Shown here piece by piece: positions 44,856 through 55,547 of a stretch of DNA of 64,000 nt. Within the stretch, counting starts at the first letter, position 1. Each line of letters starts with the position of its first letter. The stretch lies in NCBI GenBank assembly GCA_963704725.1, contig OY969934.1, forward strand, positions 736,001 to 800,000, in the 5' to 3' direction. The notes beneath the pieces are model-generated. The model had not been told where the DNA came from. It did not search any database and saw only the letters and a program-made list of their open reading frames with translations. The translations under genes were made by a program, and so were the position numbers. The stretch is from an uncultured Actinomycetes bacterium (lineage in GTDB: Bacteria; Actinomycetota; UBA4738; HRBIN12).

Positions 44856-46076
44856 GTGCGAGACCTCGAGGCTCTCGCGGCCGCCACCCCCGCCACGCGC
44901 GACCGGTACGTCGACCTCCTGCGCGCCGTGTCGATCTGCGGGGTCGTCTTCGGCCACTGGTTCATCGGGATCATCCACGAGGGGGGCGGTCTCGTCCGGC
45001 TGACGAGCGCTGTCGGCGTGACGAGCGGGCTGTGGCTCGGGACCTGGCTCTTCCAGGTGATGCCGGTCTTCTTCTTCGTCGGCGGGTTCTCCAACCTCAC
45101 CGCGTACGACGCGTTCCGCCGCCGGGGTGAGTCGGCCGGGGCGTTCGTACGCAGCCGTGTGGAACGTCTGCTCCGCCCATCGGCGATCTTCCTCGGCGCG
45201 TGGGCGGTGGTCCAGATCGGCCTGCACCTGGCCGACGTCGGGCGCGCGGCCGGCCCGCCGCTGTGGGGAGACACGCGGCTGCTGCGCGGGGTGCTTCCGC
45301 CCGCCCAGACGCTGCCGTTCGGCCCGCTGTGGTTCCTCGGCTTCTACCTCGTCGTCGTGGTCGCCGCGCCGGCCCTGATCTGGATCCACCGGCGGTACGG
45401 GCTCGCCGTGCCGGTCGCGATGGCGATCATCGTCGTCGTGATCGACGTCGTCGGGTTCGGCCTGGGATGGCATGGGTTCCGGTACCTCAACGTGGCACCC
45501 GTCCTGCTCTTCCCCCATCAGGTCGGGTTCTTCTACGCGGAGGGCCGGTTCACCGAACGGCGGCTGCACGCCGCGATGGTTGTCGCCGGGCTCGCCGGCC
45601 TCGTGCTCCTGACGAACCCGTGGGTGTTCCGGGCGTTCGGCGACGCCCCGCGCGAGTGGTTCCCGGGTATCGGCCACTATCCGAAGAGCCTGCTCGGCAC
45701 CGACGTCGAGGAGATCTCGAACGCGTACCCGCCGACGGTGTGCTTCCTGCTCGGCGGGGTCTGGGCCATCGGGGCCGTGATGCTCCTGCGCCAGGCGGCG
45801 ACGAAGTGGCTCGAACGGGCCCGCGTGTGGAAGGCGACCATCTTCGTGAACGCCATGGTGATGACGCTCTTCCTGTGGCACATGACCGCCTACCTGCTGG
45901 CGATCTTCGCGCTCCGCCCGCTCGGCTTCGGGCTCGAGCAGGACGGCACCGCCCGGTGGTGGCTCGAGCGGCCGGTCTGGATCCTGGTCCCCGGAGTGAT
46001 CCTGGCCGGGGCGGTGGCGCTCCTGGCCCAGTTCGAGCGCCCTCGTCGCGCACCGCGGCCGGTGGCCGTAGCCTGA
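44856..46076 (+). CDS. Acyltransferase_3 family membrane acyltransferase
   Basis: RDRYVDLLRA...GHW, FQVMPVFFFVGG, LWFL, SNAYPPT, MTLFLWH. Confidence 0.88.
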   Translation: MRDLEALAAATPATRDRYVDLLRAVSICGVVFGHWFIGIIHEGGGLVRLTSAVGVTSGLWLGTWLFQVMPVFFFVGGFSNLTAYDAFRRRGESAGAFVRSRVERLLRPSAIFLGAWAVVQIGLHLADVGRAAGPPLWGDTRLLRGVLPPAQTLPFGPLWFLGFYLVVVVAAPALIWIHRRYGLAVPVAMAIIVVVIDVVGFGLGWHGFRYLNVAPVLLFPHQVGFFYAEGRFTERRLHAAMVVAGLAGLVLLTNPWVFRAFGDAPREWFPGIGHYPKSLLGTDVEEISNAYPPTVCFLLGGVWAIGAVMLLRQAATKWLERARVWKATIFVNAMVMTLFLWHMTAYLLAIFALRPLGFGLEQDGTARWWLERPVWILVPGVILAGAVALLAQFERPRRAPRPVAVA

Positions 46077-46082
46077 GGAGCG

Positions 46083-46376
46083 ATGGCGAAGACCGCTCCC
46101 GTCGAGACCGAGCGTCCCACGTCCGAGGCCGACGTCACGCCCGACGTGCCCTGGATCGTCATCGTGTGGAACGACCCGATCAACCTGATGACCTACGTGG
46201 TCTACGTGTTCCAGAAGCTCTTCGGGTATCCGCGCGACAAGGCGACGAAGCTGATGCGCGACGTCCACTACAAGGGCAAGGCGGTCGTCAGCGAGGGCCC
46301 GCGCGAGCGCTGCGAGCTGGACGTGTCTCGCCTCCACGCGCACGGGCTGTGGGCGACGCTGCAACGGGGCCGCTGA
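46083..46376 (+). CDS. clpS: ATP-dependent Clp protease adaptor ClpS
   Basis: [35 protein letters not shown]. Confidence 0.95.
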   Translation: MAKTAPVETERPTSEADVTPDVPWIVIVWNDPINLMTYVVYVFQKLFGYPRDKATKLMRDVHYKGKAVVSEGPRERCELDVSRLHAHGLWATLQRGR

Positions 46377-46850
46377 GTGATCGCACGTCGGGTGCGACGG
46401 TCGCGCGGCGGGACGTTCGAGATCCGGATCCCCGAGGAGGAGCGGGTCGTGCTTCGCACCCTCCCCGCTCAGCTCCGGTCGCTCCTGGTCGAGGGCGACC
46501 CGGTCGCGGACCCCGCCCTTCGACGGTTGTACCCGGCCGCCTATCTCGACGACCCGGCGGCGGCGGCGGAGTTCGACGGACTCGTGCGCGACGAGCTCAC
46601 GACGCAACGCGTGACGGCCGTCGACCGGATGGCCGAGACGCTCGAGGCGGATCGCCTGAGCGAGGACGACCTGCTCGCGTGGCTCGGCGCGATGAACGAC
46701 CTCCGGCTCGTGCTCGGGGTGCGCCTCGCCGTCACCGAGGAGAGCGAACCGCGGGACTTCGAGGGAGATCCGGAGCGTGAGGGCTCGTTCGCGCTCTACC
46801 TGTACCTGGGGTTCCTGGTGGGGGAGATCGTCGAGGCGCTGAGCCGATGA
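46377..46850 (+). CDS. DUF2017 family protein
   Basis: DPALRRLYPAAY, WLGAMNDLRLVLG; usual partner downstream of clpS. Confidence 0.88.
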   Translation: MIARRVRRSRGGTFEIRIPEEERVVLRTLPAQLRSLLVEGDPVADPALRRLYPAAYLDDPAAAAEFDGLVRDELTTQRVTAVDRMAETLEADRLSEDDLLAWLGAMNDLRLVLGVRLAVTEESEPRDFEGDPEREGSFALYLYLGFLVGEIVEALSR

Positions 46851-46949
46851 GACTCGCGCCGCGCCGGGCGTCGTATAGGCTCAATCGAGCTCGGAGACGG
46901 TCCGTCCCGCAGGGGGACGCCGTCTCGGCGGAGATCGGAGGGGATCGCG

Positions 46950-47750
46950 ATGGTTTCCAGGATGCGCACGGTCGGGCGGGTGATGGCCGTCGCGGTGCTC
47001 GCGCTGCTGATGAGCGCGTGCCTGAAGCTCGACATGAACCTCGACGTCTCGTCGGACGACACCGTGAGCGGGACGATCGTGTTCGCCGTCCAGAAGCAGC
47101 TCCTCGAGCTGTCCGGGCAGTCGGTCGATGCCATCTTCTCCGACACGCCGCTCCCGAGCGACACGCCCGGCGTCACCGTCGGTGACTACGAGGACGACCA
47201 GTTCGCCGGCAAGGAGTTCACGTTCGACGCCGTCCCCCTGTCCGAGTTCTCGGGCGAGAGCGCGGGCGAGCTCTCGATCACGCACGACGGCGATGTCTTC
47301 CACGTGTCCGGCACCCTGGACCTGTCCACGGTGGGGGCCACCGGGCCCTCCGGCCTGTCGGGCTTCGACCCGAGCACGTTCCTGGAGAGCGCCGAGCTCC
47401 GGATCCGCATCACGTTCCCCGGCGAGGTGACCGACTCGAACGGCCGGATCGACGGCAACACCGTGACGTGGGAGCCGGTGCTGGGCGAGGCCACGGAGCT
47501 GCGGGCGACCGCCCAGGCGACGGGCGGGAGCAGCTCGAACCTGACGCTGCTGCTGATCATCGGCGCGGTCGTCGTGGTGCTCGCGGTCGTCGCCGGCGTC
47601 GTCGTGGCCCAGCGCCGGAGGGCGCCGGCCGTCGCGGCGGCCGGCCCGATGGATGGTGGGTTCCCGGCGCCCGGCTCGCCGACCCCCCCGCCGGCGCCGG
47701 GCGGATCCCCGCCGCCACCGCCGCCGCCCGGACCCGCGGACCAGAGCTAG
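46950..47750 (+). CDS. LppM-like lipoprotein with C-terminal TM and Pro-rich tail
   Basis: Lipobox LMSAC, VSSDDTVSG, ITFPGEVTDSNG. Confidence 0.8.
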   Translation: MVSRMRTVGRVMAVAVLALLMSACLKLDMNLDVSSDDTVSGTIVFAVQKQLLELSGQSVDAIFSDTPLPSDTPGVTVGDYEDDQFAGKEFTFDAVPLSEFSGESAGELSITHDGDVFHVSGTLDLSTVGATGPSGLSGFDPSTFLESAELRIRITFPGEVTDSNGRIDGNTVTWEPVLGEATELRATAQATGGSSSNLTLLLIIGAVVVVLAVVAGVVVAQRRRAPAVAAAGPMDGGFPAPGSPTPPPAPGGSPPPPPPPGPADQS

Positions 47751-47767
47751 CGGACCGTCGTCCTCGA

Positions 47768-48130
47768 TCAGCCGGAGACGGGGCCGCCCTCGTGCGGCTC
47801 GTCGGCGTCGGTCCCGCTCGTGCCGACGCGGCGGCGGATCGCCTCGCCGGTCTCGGTCACGGTCACGGCGACGGCGTCGCCGAGCGAGCGGACGGCATCC
47901 TTCAGGTCGGACTTCGCCCGGTCGTCGCGGAGCGTGTCGCCGAGCGCCGTGAACGCCCGGTTCAGCTGCTCCGCGAGCTCGCGAGCGGCCTCCTCGAGCT
48001 TGCGCTGGCTCTCGCGAGCGGCGTCGCCGGCTCCCGGCTCCGCCTGCTTGTACCGATCGGCGACGTGGCGGCTCCACGAGGTGAAGCGCTCGCCGACCTC
48101 GTTCCAGGCATCCTGCGTTCGTCCCGGCAT
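47768..48130 (-). CDS. Helical hypothetical protein
   Basis: SD gggagg; DAWNEVGERF...DLKDAVRSLGDAV. Confidence 0.65.
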   Translation of the reverse strand: MPGRTQDAWNEVGERFTSWSRHVADRYKQAEPGAGDAARESQRKLEEAARELAEQLNRAFTALGDTLRDDRAKSDLKDAVRSLGDAVAVTVTETGEAIRRRVGTSGTDADEPHEGGPVSG

Positions 48131-48221
48131 CTGAACCTCCCGGATCGCTTCCATCCCAGCGTAGCGTCGGGTCGCGCGATCGAACGCCGGGCCGCGGGGT
48201 CGCCTCGGTAGGGTTGGGATC

Positions 48222-50849
48222 GTGACCTCGCGCAGCCAACCGGCGCCCGTCGCGGCCGAGATGCCCGCGCCGCTGCGGCGCGACGTTCGTGCGCTGTCGA
48301 CGATCCTGGGGCGGGTCCTCGCGGAGACCGAGGGCCCGGAACTGCTCGAGCGCGTCGAGGAGCTTCGCCGAGCGACGATAGCCCTGCGCACCGCGCCGAG
48401 CGCCGAGCGACGGGCGCACGTCCTGCGGATCGTCCGGTCGCTCGACGGCCCCCGTGCCGAGCCCGTGGCGAGGGCGTTCACCTGCTACTTCCAGCTCGCG
48501 AACCTGGCCGAGGAGCGACACCGGGTCCGCGAGCTCCTGGCCCGGTCCCACGGCCCCCACCCGCTCGAGGAGTCGATCGAGGCCGCGGTCTCGGCGCTCC
48601 GCGAACGGATCGGGCAGGAAGGTGCCCTCGAGGCCGTCCGGGGTCTCGACGTCCTGCCGGTGCTGACGGCTCACCCCACCGAGGCCCGGAGGCGGACGAC
48701 GCTCGAGACGCTGTGGCGGATCGGCGACCTCCTGGCGCGCGCCGACGACCCGCGCGCGAGCGGCGACGCCGGGCTCGAGACGGAGCGCCGCCTGTACGAG
48801 GAGATCACGGCGCTGTGGCGCACCGAGCCCGTCCGCTCGCACCGGCCGCAGCCGCTCGACGAGGTCCGGGCGACGATGGCCCTGTTCGACCAGACGATCT
48901 TCCGGTTGCTGCCGGCGCTGTGTCGCGAGCTCGACCGGGCGGTCCTGCCCGGCACCGGCGCCCGACCCCCGGCGTTCGCCGGCGTCCCGGTCCGGTGGGG
49001 GACGTGGGTCGGCGGCGATCGCGACGGGAACCCGGACGTGACGCCCGAGATCACGCTCCGGGCCGCCCGGATCGCCTCGGAGCACGTCCTGCTGGGGCTC
49101 GAGGCCGCGACGCGCCGGATCGCCCGCGCGCTCTCGGTGTCCGATCGTGACGTCCCGCCGTCCGAGGCCCTGCTGCGCTCGATCGAGCGCGACGAGGCCC
49201 TGCTGCCGCGCGTCGCGGCCGAGCTCCGGCGCAAGCTCCCCGGGATGGCGCACCGGCTCCGGCTCGCGCTATGCGCCCATCGGCTCGGGGCGACGAGGCT
49301 GAGGACCGAGGCGGCGTACGGCGGGCCCGAGGAGCTGCTGGCCGACCTGCGGGCGCTGCAGGCCTCGCTGGCCTCGGCCGGCGCCGAGCGGCTGGCCTTC
49401 GGCGAGGTGCAGCACCTCGTGTGGCAGCTCGAGGCGTTCGGGTTCCACCTCGCCGAGCTCGAGGTTCGCCAGCATTCGGAGGCGATCGCGGCCGCGGCAC
49501 GCGAGCTCCGCCGCCGGCCGTCCGAGCCCTCTCGCTCCCTGGCCGAGGCGCTCGGCACGCTCCGCGCGATGGGGGAGATCCAGGCGTCGATCGGTGTGGG
49601 CGGCTGCCACCGTTTCGTCCTGTCGTTCACGAGGAGCGGCCGGGACGTGGCGGCCGTCCACGCGCTCGCGCGGGCGGCGGTCGCCGGCCGCCGGTTGGAG
49701 TTCGACGTGGTCCCGCTGTTCGAGACGCGCGAGGACCTGGAGCGGATCGCCGAGACCTGCGACGCGATCGTCGAGCTGCCGCCGGTCCGGCGGCGCCTGG
49801 CCCGCGACGGCGCCGTCTTCGAGGTCATGCTGGGCTACTCGGACTCGGCCAAGCGCTCCGGCGTGCTCGCCGCCAACGTCGCCCTGTACCGGGCCCAGGT
49901 CGAGCTCGTCGCGTGGGCGAAGCGCCGCGGGCTCGCCCTCCGCATCTTCCACGGCCGCGGCGGCGCGCTGGGGCGGGGCGGCGGCCCCACCAACCGGGCG
50001 ATGCTGGGACAGCCGGCGGGGTCGCTCGCCGGACGCTTCAAGGTCACCGAGCAGGGGGAGGTCGCGTTCTCCCGGTACGGGGACGCCGCGCTGGCGCGGC
50101 GCCACCTCGAGCAGATCGTGAACGCCCTGCTCCTCGCCTCGACACCGGAGCACGAGGAGGAGGCACGGCGCGGGTGGGAGGCGTTCGGCCCGGCGGCGCG
50201 CGCGATGGCGGACGTGTCCGAGGCGGCGTGGCGCCATCTGGTCGGACGTCCCGGGTTCGTCCCGTTCTTCGACCGCGCCACGCCGATCCGCGAGATCGAG
50301 GGCATCCCGATCGGCTCGAGGCCGTCGCGCCGGTCGGCGAGCCCGACGCTCGACGACGTGCGCGCGATCCCGTGGGTGTTCGCCTGGGGCCAGGCCCGGA
50401 TCGGCCTGCCGGGCTGGTACGGGGTGGGCGCGGCCCTGGCGTCGGTGGCGCGCGAGCCGGGCGGGATGGAGGGCCTGCGCGAGATGCACCGGCGCTGGGC
50501 CTTCTTCTCCTCGCTCCTGGAGAACGTGCAGCTCTCGCTTGCCAAGGCGGATCGGCAGGTGGCGCAGGCCTACCTGGAGGCGGCCGGCGACGACTCGATC
50601 GCCGCGGACGTCCTCGACGAGTTCGATCGCACGCACGAGCTGGTGCTCCGCGTCGCCGAGCTCGACGCGCCGCTCGCGCATCGCCCGGTGCTTCGGCGCG
50701 CGATCGACCTGCGGAACCCCTACGTCGATGCGCTCTCGTTCCTGCAGTTCCGATTCCTGCCGGAGGCCCGGGCCGGCGACCCGGAGGCCGCCCGGGTCGT
50801 CTCCGTCACCGTGAACGGCATCGCGGCCGGGCTGCAGAACACGGGCTAG
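48222..50849 (+). CDS. ppc: Phosphoenolpyruvate carboxylase
   Basis: VLTAHPTE, WVGGDRDGNP, VMLGYSDSAK, FHGRGGALGRGGG, RAIPWVFAW, GLQNTG C-terminus. Confidence 0.97.
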   Translation: MTSRSQPAPVAAEMPAPLRRDVRALSTILGRVLAETEGPELLERVEELRRATIALRTAPSAERRAHVLRIVRSLDGPRAEPVARAFTCYFQLANLAEERHRVRELLARSHGPHPLEESIEAAVSALRERIGQEGALEAVRGLDVLPVLTAHPTEARRRTTLETLWRIGDLLARADDPRASGDAGLETERRLYEEITALWRTEPVRSHRPQPLDEVRATMALFDQTIFRLLPALCRELDRAVLPGTGARPPAFAGVPVRWGTWVGGDRDGNPDVTPEITLRAARIASEHVLLGLEAATRRIARALSVSDRDVPPSEALLRSIERDEALLPRVAAELRRKLPGMAHRLRLALCAHRLGATRLRTEAAYGGPEELLADLRALQASLASAGAERLAFGEVQHLVWQLEAFGFHLAELEVRQHSEAIAAAARELRRRPSEPSRSLAEALGTLRAMGEIQASIGVGGCHRFVLSFTRSGRDVAAVHALARAAVAGRRLEFDVVPLFETREDLERIAETCDAIVELPPVRRRLARDGAVFEVMLGYSDSAKRSGVLAANVALYRAQVELVAWAKRRGLALRIFHGRGGALGRGGGPTNRAMLGQPAGSLAGRFKVTEQGEVAFSRYGDAALARRHLEQIVNALLLASTPEHEEEARRGWEAFGPAARAMADVSEAAWRHLVGRPGFVPFFDRATPIREIEGIPIGSRPSRRSASPTLDDVRAIPWVFAWGQARIGLPGWYGVGAALASVAREPGGMEGLREMHRRWAFFSSLLENVQLSLAKADRQVAQAYLEAAGDDSIAADVLDEFDRTHELVLRVAELDAPLAHRPVLRRAIDLRNPYVDALSFLQFRFLPEARAGDPEAARVVSVTVNGIAAGLQNTG

Positions 50850-53800
50850 GTGCGGGCGGCCTCGGCCGGGGTCGCCCTCTCGGCTCGCTCGGGCGCGCCG
50901 ACACCCGTCGCGGCGGGTCCGGGGACGACGCAGCGGAACATCGAGGCTGCCGATGGCCAGGCGTCGAGGACCTCGCGCGCCGGCACGGATCCGGTCAGAC
51001 GGAGGTGCCGGCGCAGGAGGTCGGCGAGCTCGTGGCGACCCTCGGCGTCGACGTCCACGAGACGGACGAGGTCGAGGTTCGTCAGGCGTTCCAGCGCGCC
51101 GTGCGGATCGAGCACGTAGGCCCGGCCCCCCGTCATGCCGGCCGCGAAATTGGGACCGACCTCGCCGAGGACGACGACGAGGCCGCCGGTCATGTACTCG
51201 CAGCCGTTCGCGCCCACGCCTTCGACCACGGCCGTCGCTCCCGAGTTGCGGACGGCGAATCGCTCGCCGGCGCCCCCCGCCGCGAACAGCTCGCCGCCGG
51301 TCGCCCCGTAGAGCGCGGCATTGCCGAGCAGCACGGCCCCGTGCTGGGCGCCGTCGGGCGGCGCGACGGTGATCCGGCCGCCGCCCATGGCCTTGCCCAC
51401 GCCGTCGTTCGCCGTGCCGCGGAGGTGGAGCTCGATCCCGCCGGTCAGGAACGCCCCCAGGCTCTGTCCGGCGTCGCCGGTGAGCGAGACGCGGACCCGG
51501 CCGGGTGGGGGCCGCTCGCCGAACGCCGCCGCCACGGAGCCGCCCAGCCGCGCTCCGACGGCGCGGTCCCGGTTCGTGATCGCGGAGGCGAGCTCGCCCC
51601 GGCCCCGTCCGAGGAGCGCGGGCAGCGCTTCCTCGGCCAGCCGGTCGCCGAGCTGCGAGCGCGGCCTCGCGGACGGGGGAGAGGCGAACGAACCTGCCTC
51701 GGCGGGCTCGAGCAGGCCGGAAAGATCGAGCCCGGCTCGGCGTTCCTGGCGGAGCAGGTCGAGGCGGCCGGTCGCCTCGTCCAGGGACCGGAGCCCGAGC
51801 GACGCGAGGATCCGCCGCACGTCCTCGGCGACGAGCGAGAGGTAGGCCGAGACCATCTCGGGGGTCCCGGCGAATCGCGCGCGGAGCTCCGGCCGCTGCG
51901 TGGCGATCCCGACCGGGCACGTGTCGAGGTGGCAGGTCCGGACCATCAGGCATCCCTGTGCCACGAGCACCGCGGTGCCGAACGAGAACTCGTCCGCGCC
52001 GAGCAGCGCCGCCACCACGACGTCGCGCCCGATCCGGAACCCGCCGTCCACGCGGAGCCTGACGCGGTCGCGCAGCCCGTCCTCGACGAGGCGCGTCCGG
52101 GTCTCGGCCAGGCCGAGCTCCCAGGGGAGCCCGGCGTGCTTGATCGAGGCGAGCGGCGAGGCGCCGGTGCCCCCGTCGGCGCCCGAGACGTGGACGACGT
52201 CGGCGAGTGCCTTCGTCACGCCGGCCGCGATCGTCCCCACCCCGGCCTCGGCCACGAGCTTGACCGAGACGTCGGCCCGCGGGTTGACCTGGCGGAGGTC
52301 GTACACGAGCTGCGCGAGATCCTCGATCGAGTAGATGTCGTGGTGCGGCGCAGGGCTGATGAGGTCGATCCCGGGCTGCGCGTGGCGGAGCGCGGCGATG
52401 CCGTCGGTGACCTTGGCCGCCGGGAGCTGGCCGCCCTCGCCCGGCTTGGAGCCCTGCGCGATCTTGATCTGGAGCTCGTCGGCCGCCATCACGTAGGCGG
52501 GCGTGACGCCGAAGCGCGCCGAGGCCACCTGCTTGATGCGCGAGGTCCGGTCGGTGCCGAACCGCGCCGGTTCCTCGCCCCCCTCGCCCGAGTTCGACCG
52601 CGCGCCGACGCGGTTCGCGCCCCGAGCCACGGTCTCGTGCGCCTCGGGCGAGATCGCGCCGAGGGAGATCGCGGCCGTCGAGAAGCGGGCCAGGATGGAC
52701 TCGGCCGGCTCGACGAGTCGGATCGGGATCGCGCCGCCCCCCGGGACCAGCTCGAGGAGGTCGCGCGGGGAGACCGGCGGCCGGCGCTCCACCAGCTCGA
52801 CGAAGCGCGCGAACGCCTCGGGATCCGGCCCTGCCGTGGCCCGGCGGAGCAGATGCGCGCTCCTCGTCTCCTGCTCGGCGTGGCCCGGTTCGTCCGCGCC
52901 GGCGGCGGTCGAGCGCAAGCGCTCCAGTCCGGGGTCGACGGTCCGGTGCAGGGCCCGCACGACCTCGGGGTTCGTCCCGTGGTACTCGCCCCCGCGATGG
53001 AACTTCACGATGCCGGGGTTGGCCATCTCCGCTCGGCCGTTGGCGTACGCCACGGCGTGGCGGCAGAGCGCCTGCTCCGCGAGCGCCGCGAACCCCAGCC
53101 CGCCGATCGCCGAGACCACGCCGGGGAAGCAGCGCTCGATCACGTCGTCGTCCAGACCGATCGCGTCGACCGCCCGCGCGCCCCGGTACGCGTCGAGGAT
53201 GGAGATCCCCAGGCGCGACATCGACTTGCGCACGCCCTCTTCGACCGCCCGGCGGTAGCGGACGCGGGCCTGCACGGCCGAGCCGGACCCGGGGAGTCGT
53301 CCGTCGGCGTGCAGCGCGGTGACGGTGGCGAGGGCAAGTCGCGGCACGAGCGCGTCCGCCCCGCAGGTGAGCAGGCAGGCGGCGTCGTGCGAGCCGAAGG
53401 CGTCGTCGACGGCCGCGACGACGGAGCTGCGCAGGCGCAGGCCGCGCTCAGAGAGCGCCGTATGCACCCGGCCCACCGCAAGGATGCCGGGGACCGGGAC
53501 GCGGGACGGCCCGGCGGCGGCGTGCGTCACCACGAGGATGCCCTCGTCCGCCATGGCGCCGAGCTCGGCCTCCCGGGCCAGGCGCTCGAGGGCGGCCTCC
53601 AGGCCCGCCGGCCCCTCGGCCGCGTCCCACGTCGCGTCGAGCCGGGCCCCCGCAGGGGTGCCCTCCAAGAAGAAGGAGTCGAGCTCGACCATCCGGGGCT
53701 CGGCCGGTCCGTCCAGGAGCAGGGGCGGCCGGGGACCGAGCAGCGTCCGCAGCGACATCACCCAGCCCTCGCGGAGGTGGTCGAGGGCGGGGTTCGTGAC

Positions 53801-55381
53801 CTGGGCGAACCGCTGGCGCAGGAACGCCGTCACCGGCCGGGGCGACGTCGCGAGCGGCGGGATCGGCGTGTCGTCGCCCATCGAGAACGTGGGCTCGTGG
53901 CCGCCCGAGGCCATCGCGCGGATCGCCAGCGTCAGGTCCTCGCGCGTGAGGCCGTGCGTGACCTGACTCCTCGCGAGGTCGGCCGGCCCCTCGTCGGCGG
54001 TCGCGAGCGGAAGGGACCGCGTCCGTTCCTGCTCGAGCCACCGCGCGTACGGGCGCTCGCGAACGATCGACGCGAGCGGGTCGAGCTCGAGTCCGCCGTC
54101 CGCCGGGCCGAGCAGGAGGACCTCGTCGGCCCCGAGACGGAGCCCGCCGGCCGTGGGGTCGACCGCCAGCATCTCGCCGGGTCCCAGCCGCCCGTGCCGC
54201 ACCCGCGCGCCGTCGAGGTCGACCACGCCCGTCTCCGACGCGCAGACGACGAGCCCGTCCTCGGTCGACGCGTACCGCATCGGCCGCAACCCGTTGCGGT
54301 CCAGCGCGGCGCCCACCACGTGCCCGTCGGTGAACACGAGCGCCGCCGGGCCGTCCCACGGCTCCATCCGCGCCTCGTGCCACCGGAAGAACGCGCGGGC
54401 GTCCTCGGTCACAGTGGGGTCGCGCTCCCACGCCCGCGGGACGGCGGCGGCGATCGCGCCGCGAACGTCGCGGGGCGCGGCGCCCTCGCCGCTGTGGCTC
54501 GTCAGGAGGTCGATCGCCTCGTCGAGCATCGAGGAGTCCGAGCCGCGCTCGTCGAGCGGGGTGCGGAGCAGGTCCTCGAGCTCGGGGTCGCCCGAGCCGA
54601 ACGCGCCCTGCCGCGCTCGCATCCGTGCCGCGTTCCCGGCGATCGTGTTGATCTCGCCGTTGTGGCACAGCACGCGGAACGGCTGCGCGCGCTCCCACCC
54701 CGGCGACGTGTTCGTCGAGTAGCGCTGGTGGAAGATCGCGAACCACCCGCGGGTGCGCTCGTCGCGGAGGTCCGGGTAGAACGCGTCGAGCTGGCTCGCG
54801 CGCACGAGCGCCTTGTAGGTGACGGTGCGGTAGCCGAGCGAGACGACGTACGCGTCGAGCCCCTCGGCGGCGATCGCCCGCTCCAGGCGGCGGCGGATGC
54901 GGTGCGCCACGGTGCGTTCGCGGCCCGGCGCCGCCGAGAGGACGGCCTGGAGGACCGAGGGCGCTGACGCGGCGGCGGCCGGGCCGAGGGCCCGTGGTTC
55001 GACCGGCACCGGCCGCCACGCGCGAACCGCGACCCCTTCCGCCTCGCACGCCGGCGGCAGGAGGTCGACCAGGCGCCGCACGGCGTCGCCCCTCGCGAAC
55101 AACGACGCGAGTCCCATCGAGCCCCGGCGGCGGGCCGGGATCCCGAGCTCCTCGCCCAGCAGGTCGCGGGGGATCGGCAGGAGCATCCCCGCACCGTCGC
55201 CGGTCATGCCGTCGCCGGCCTGCGCGCCGCGGTGCTCGAGCCGCCGCAGCGCCTCGAGCCCGAGCTCGATCACCCGCCGGCTCTCGGCCCCCGTCGCGTC
55301 GGCGACGAAGCCGATGCCGCACGCGCTGCGCTCGGATCGGGGGTCCCAGCCCGGGAGCGACGGACGCCGGCGTGCCTGCAT
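50846..55381 (-). CDS. gltB: Glutamate synthase large subunit
   Basis: SACGIGF, HQRYSTNT, HNGEINT, MEPWDGPA, KQVASARFGV, GCLMVRTCHLDTCPVG, AGERFAVRNSG. Confidence 0.97.
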   Translation of the reverse strand: MQARRRPSLPGWDPRSERSACGIGFVADATGAESRRVIELGLEALRRLEHRGAQAGDGMTGDGAGMLLPIPRDLLGEELGIPARRRGSMGLASLFARGDAVRRLVDLLPPACEAEGVAVRAWRPVPVEPRALGPAAAASAPSVLQAVLSAAPGRERTVAHRIRRRLERAIAAEGLDAYVVSLGYRTVTYKALVRASQLDAFYPDLRDERTRGWFAIFHQRYSTNTSPGWERAQPFRVLCHNGEINTIAGNAARMRARQGAFGSGDPELEDLLRTPLDERGSDSSMLDEAIDLLTSHSGEGAAPRDVRGAIAAAVPRAWERDPTVTEDARAFFRWHEARMEPWDGPAALVFTDGHVVGAALDRNGLRPMRYASTEDGLVVCASETGVVDLDGARVRHGRLGPGEMLAVDPTAGGLRLGADEVLLLGPADGGLELDPLASIVRERPYARWLEQERTRSLPLATADEGPADLARSQVTHGLTREDLTLAIRAMASGGHEPTFSMGDDTPIPPLATSPRPVTAFLRQRFAQVTNPALDHLREGWVMSLRTLLGPRPPLLLDGPAEPRMVELDSFFLEGTPAGARLDATWDAAEGPAGLEAALERLAREAELGAMADEGILVVTHAAAGPSRVPVPGILAVGRVHTALSERGLRLRSSVVAAVDDAFGSHDAACLLTCGADALVPRLALATVTALHADGRLPGSGSAVQARVRYRRAVEEGVRKSMSRLGISILDAYRGARAVDAIGLDDDVIERCFPGVVSAIGGLGFAALAEQALCRHAVAYANGRAEMANPGIVKFHRGGEYHGTNPEVVRALHRTVDPGLERLRSTAAGADEPGHAEQETRSAHLLRRATAGPDPEAFARFVELVERRPPVSPRDLLELVPGGGAIPIRLVEPAESILARFSTAAISLGAISPEAHETVARGANRVGARSNSGEGGEEPARFGTDRTSRIKQVASARFGVTPAYVMAADELQIKIAQGSKPGEGGQLPAAKVTDGIAALRHAQPGIDLISPAPHHDIYSIEDLAQLVYDLRQVNPRADVSVKLVAEAGVGTIAAGVTKALADVVHVSGADGGTGASPLASIKHAGLPWELGLAETRTRLVEDGLRDRVRLRVDGGFRIGRDVVVAALLGADEFSFGTAVLVAQGCLMVRTCHLDTCPVGIATQRPELRARFAGTPEMVSAYLSLVAEDVRRILASLGLRSLDEATGRLDLLRQERRAGLDLSGLLEPAEAGSFASPPSARPRSQLGDRLAEEALPALLGRGRGELASAITNRDRAVGARLGGSVAAAFGERPPPGRVRVSLTGDAGQSLGAFLTGGIELHLRGTANDGVGKAMGGGRITVAPPDGAQHGAVLLGNAALYGATGGELFAAGGAGERFAVRNSGATAVVEGVGANGCEYMTGGLVVVLGEVGPNFAAGMTGGRAYVLDPHGALERLTNLDLVRLVDVDAEGRHELADLLRRHLRLTGSVPAREVLDAWPSAASMFRCVVPGPAATGVGAPERAERATPAEAART

Positions 55382-55404
55382 GCGCTCGAACCTAGGGAGG
55401 GCCC

Positions 55405-55493
55405 GTTACGCGTCGGTTTCGAGCCCGTGAAGTGTCGATGTCCGCCCCCAGGAGCGAAACCGCCCGGACATCGAGCCGTAACCGGACGGAAAC
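55405..55493. promoter_or_regulatory. GlnR boxes in the gltB/glnA divergent promoter region
   Basis: gaaac-n6-gacat-n6-gtaac-n6-gaaac at 55456-55493; gttac-n6-gtttc at 55405-55420. Confidence 0.75.
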
Positions 55494-55547
55494 CAACCGC
55501 CCCCGCGGGTGGCCCTAGGCTGCTCGGATCGACCGGAAGGAGGCGCG

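Noticed and set aside
49271-54967. 1898-aa plus-strand ORF and similar giant ORFs (20106-24413, 41617-44523, 3614-6235)
   Set aside because: Off-frame or antisense shadows of real genes in high-GC DNA; Arg/Gly/Pro-rich with no motifs.
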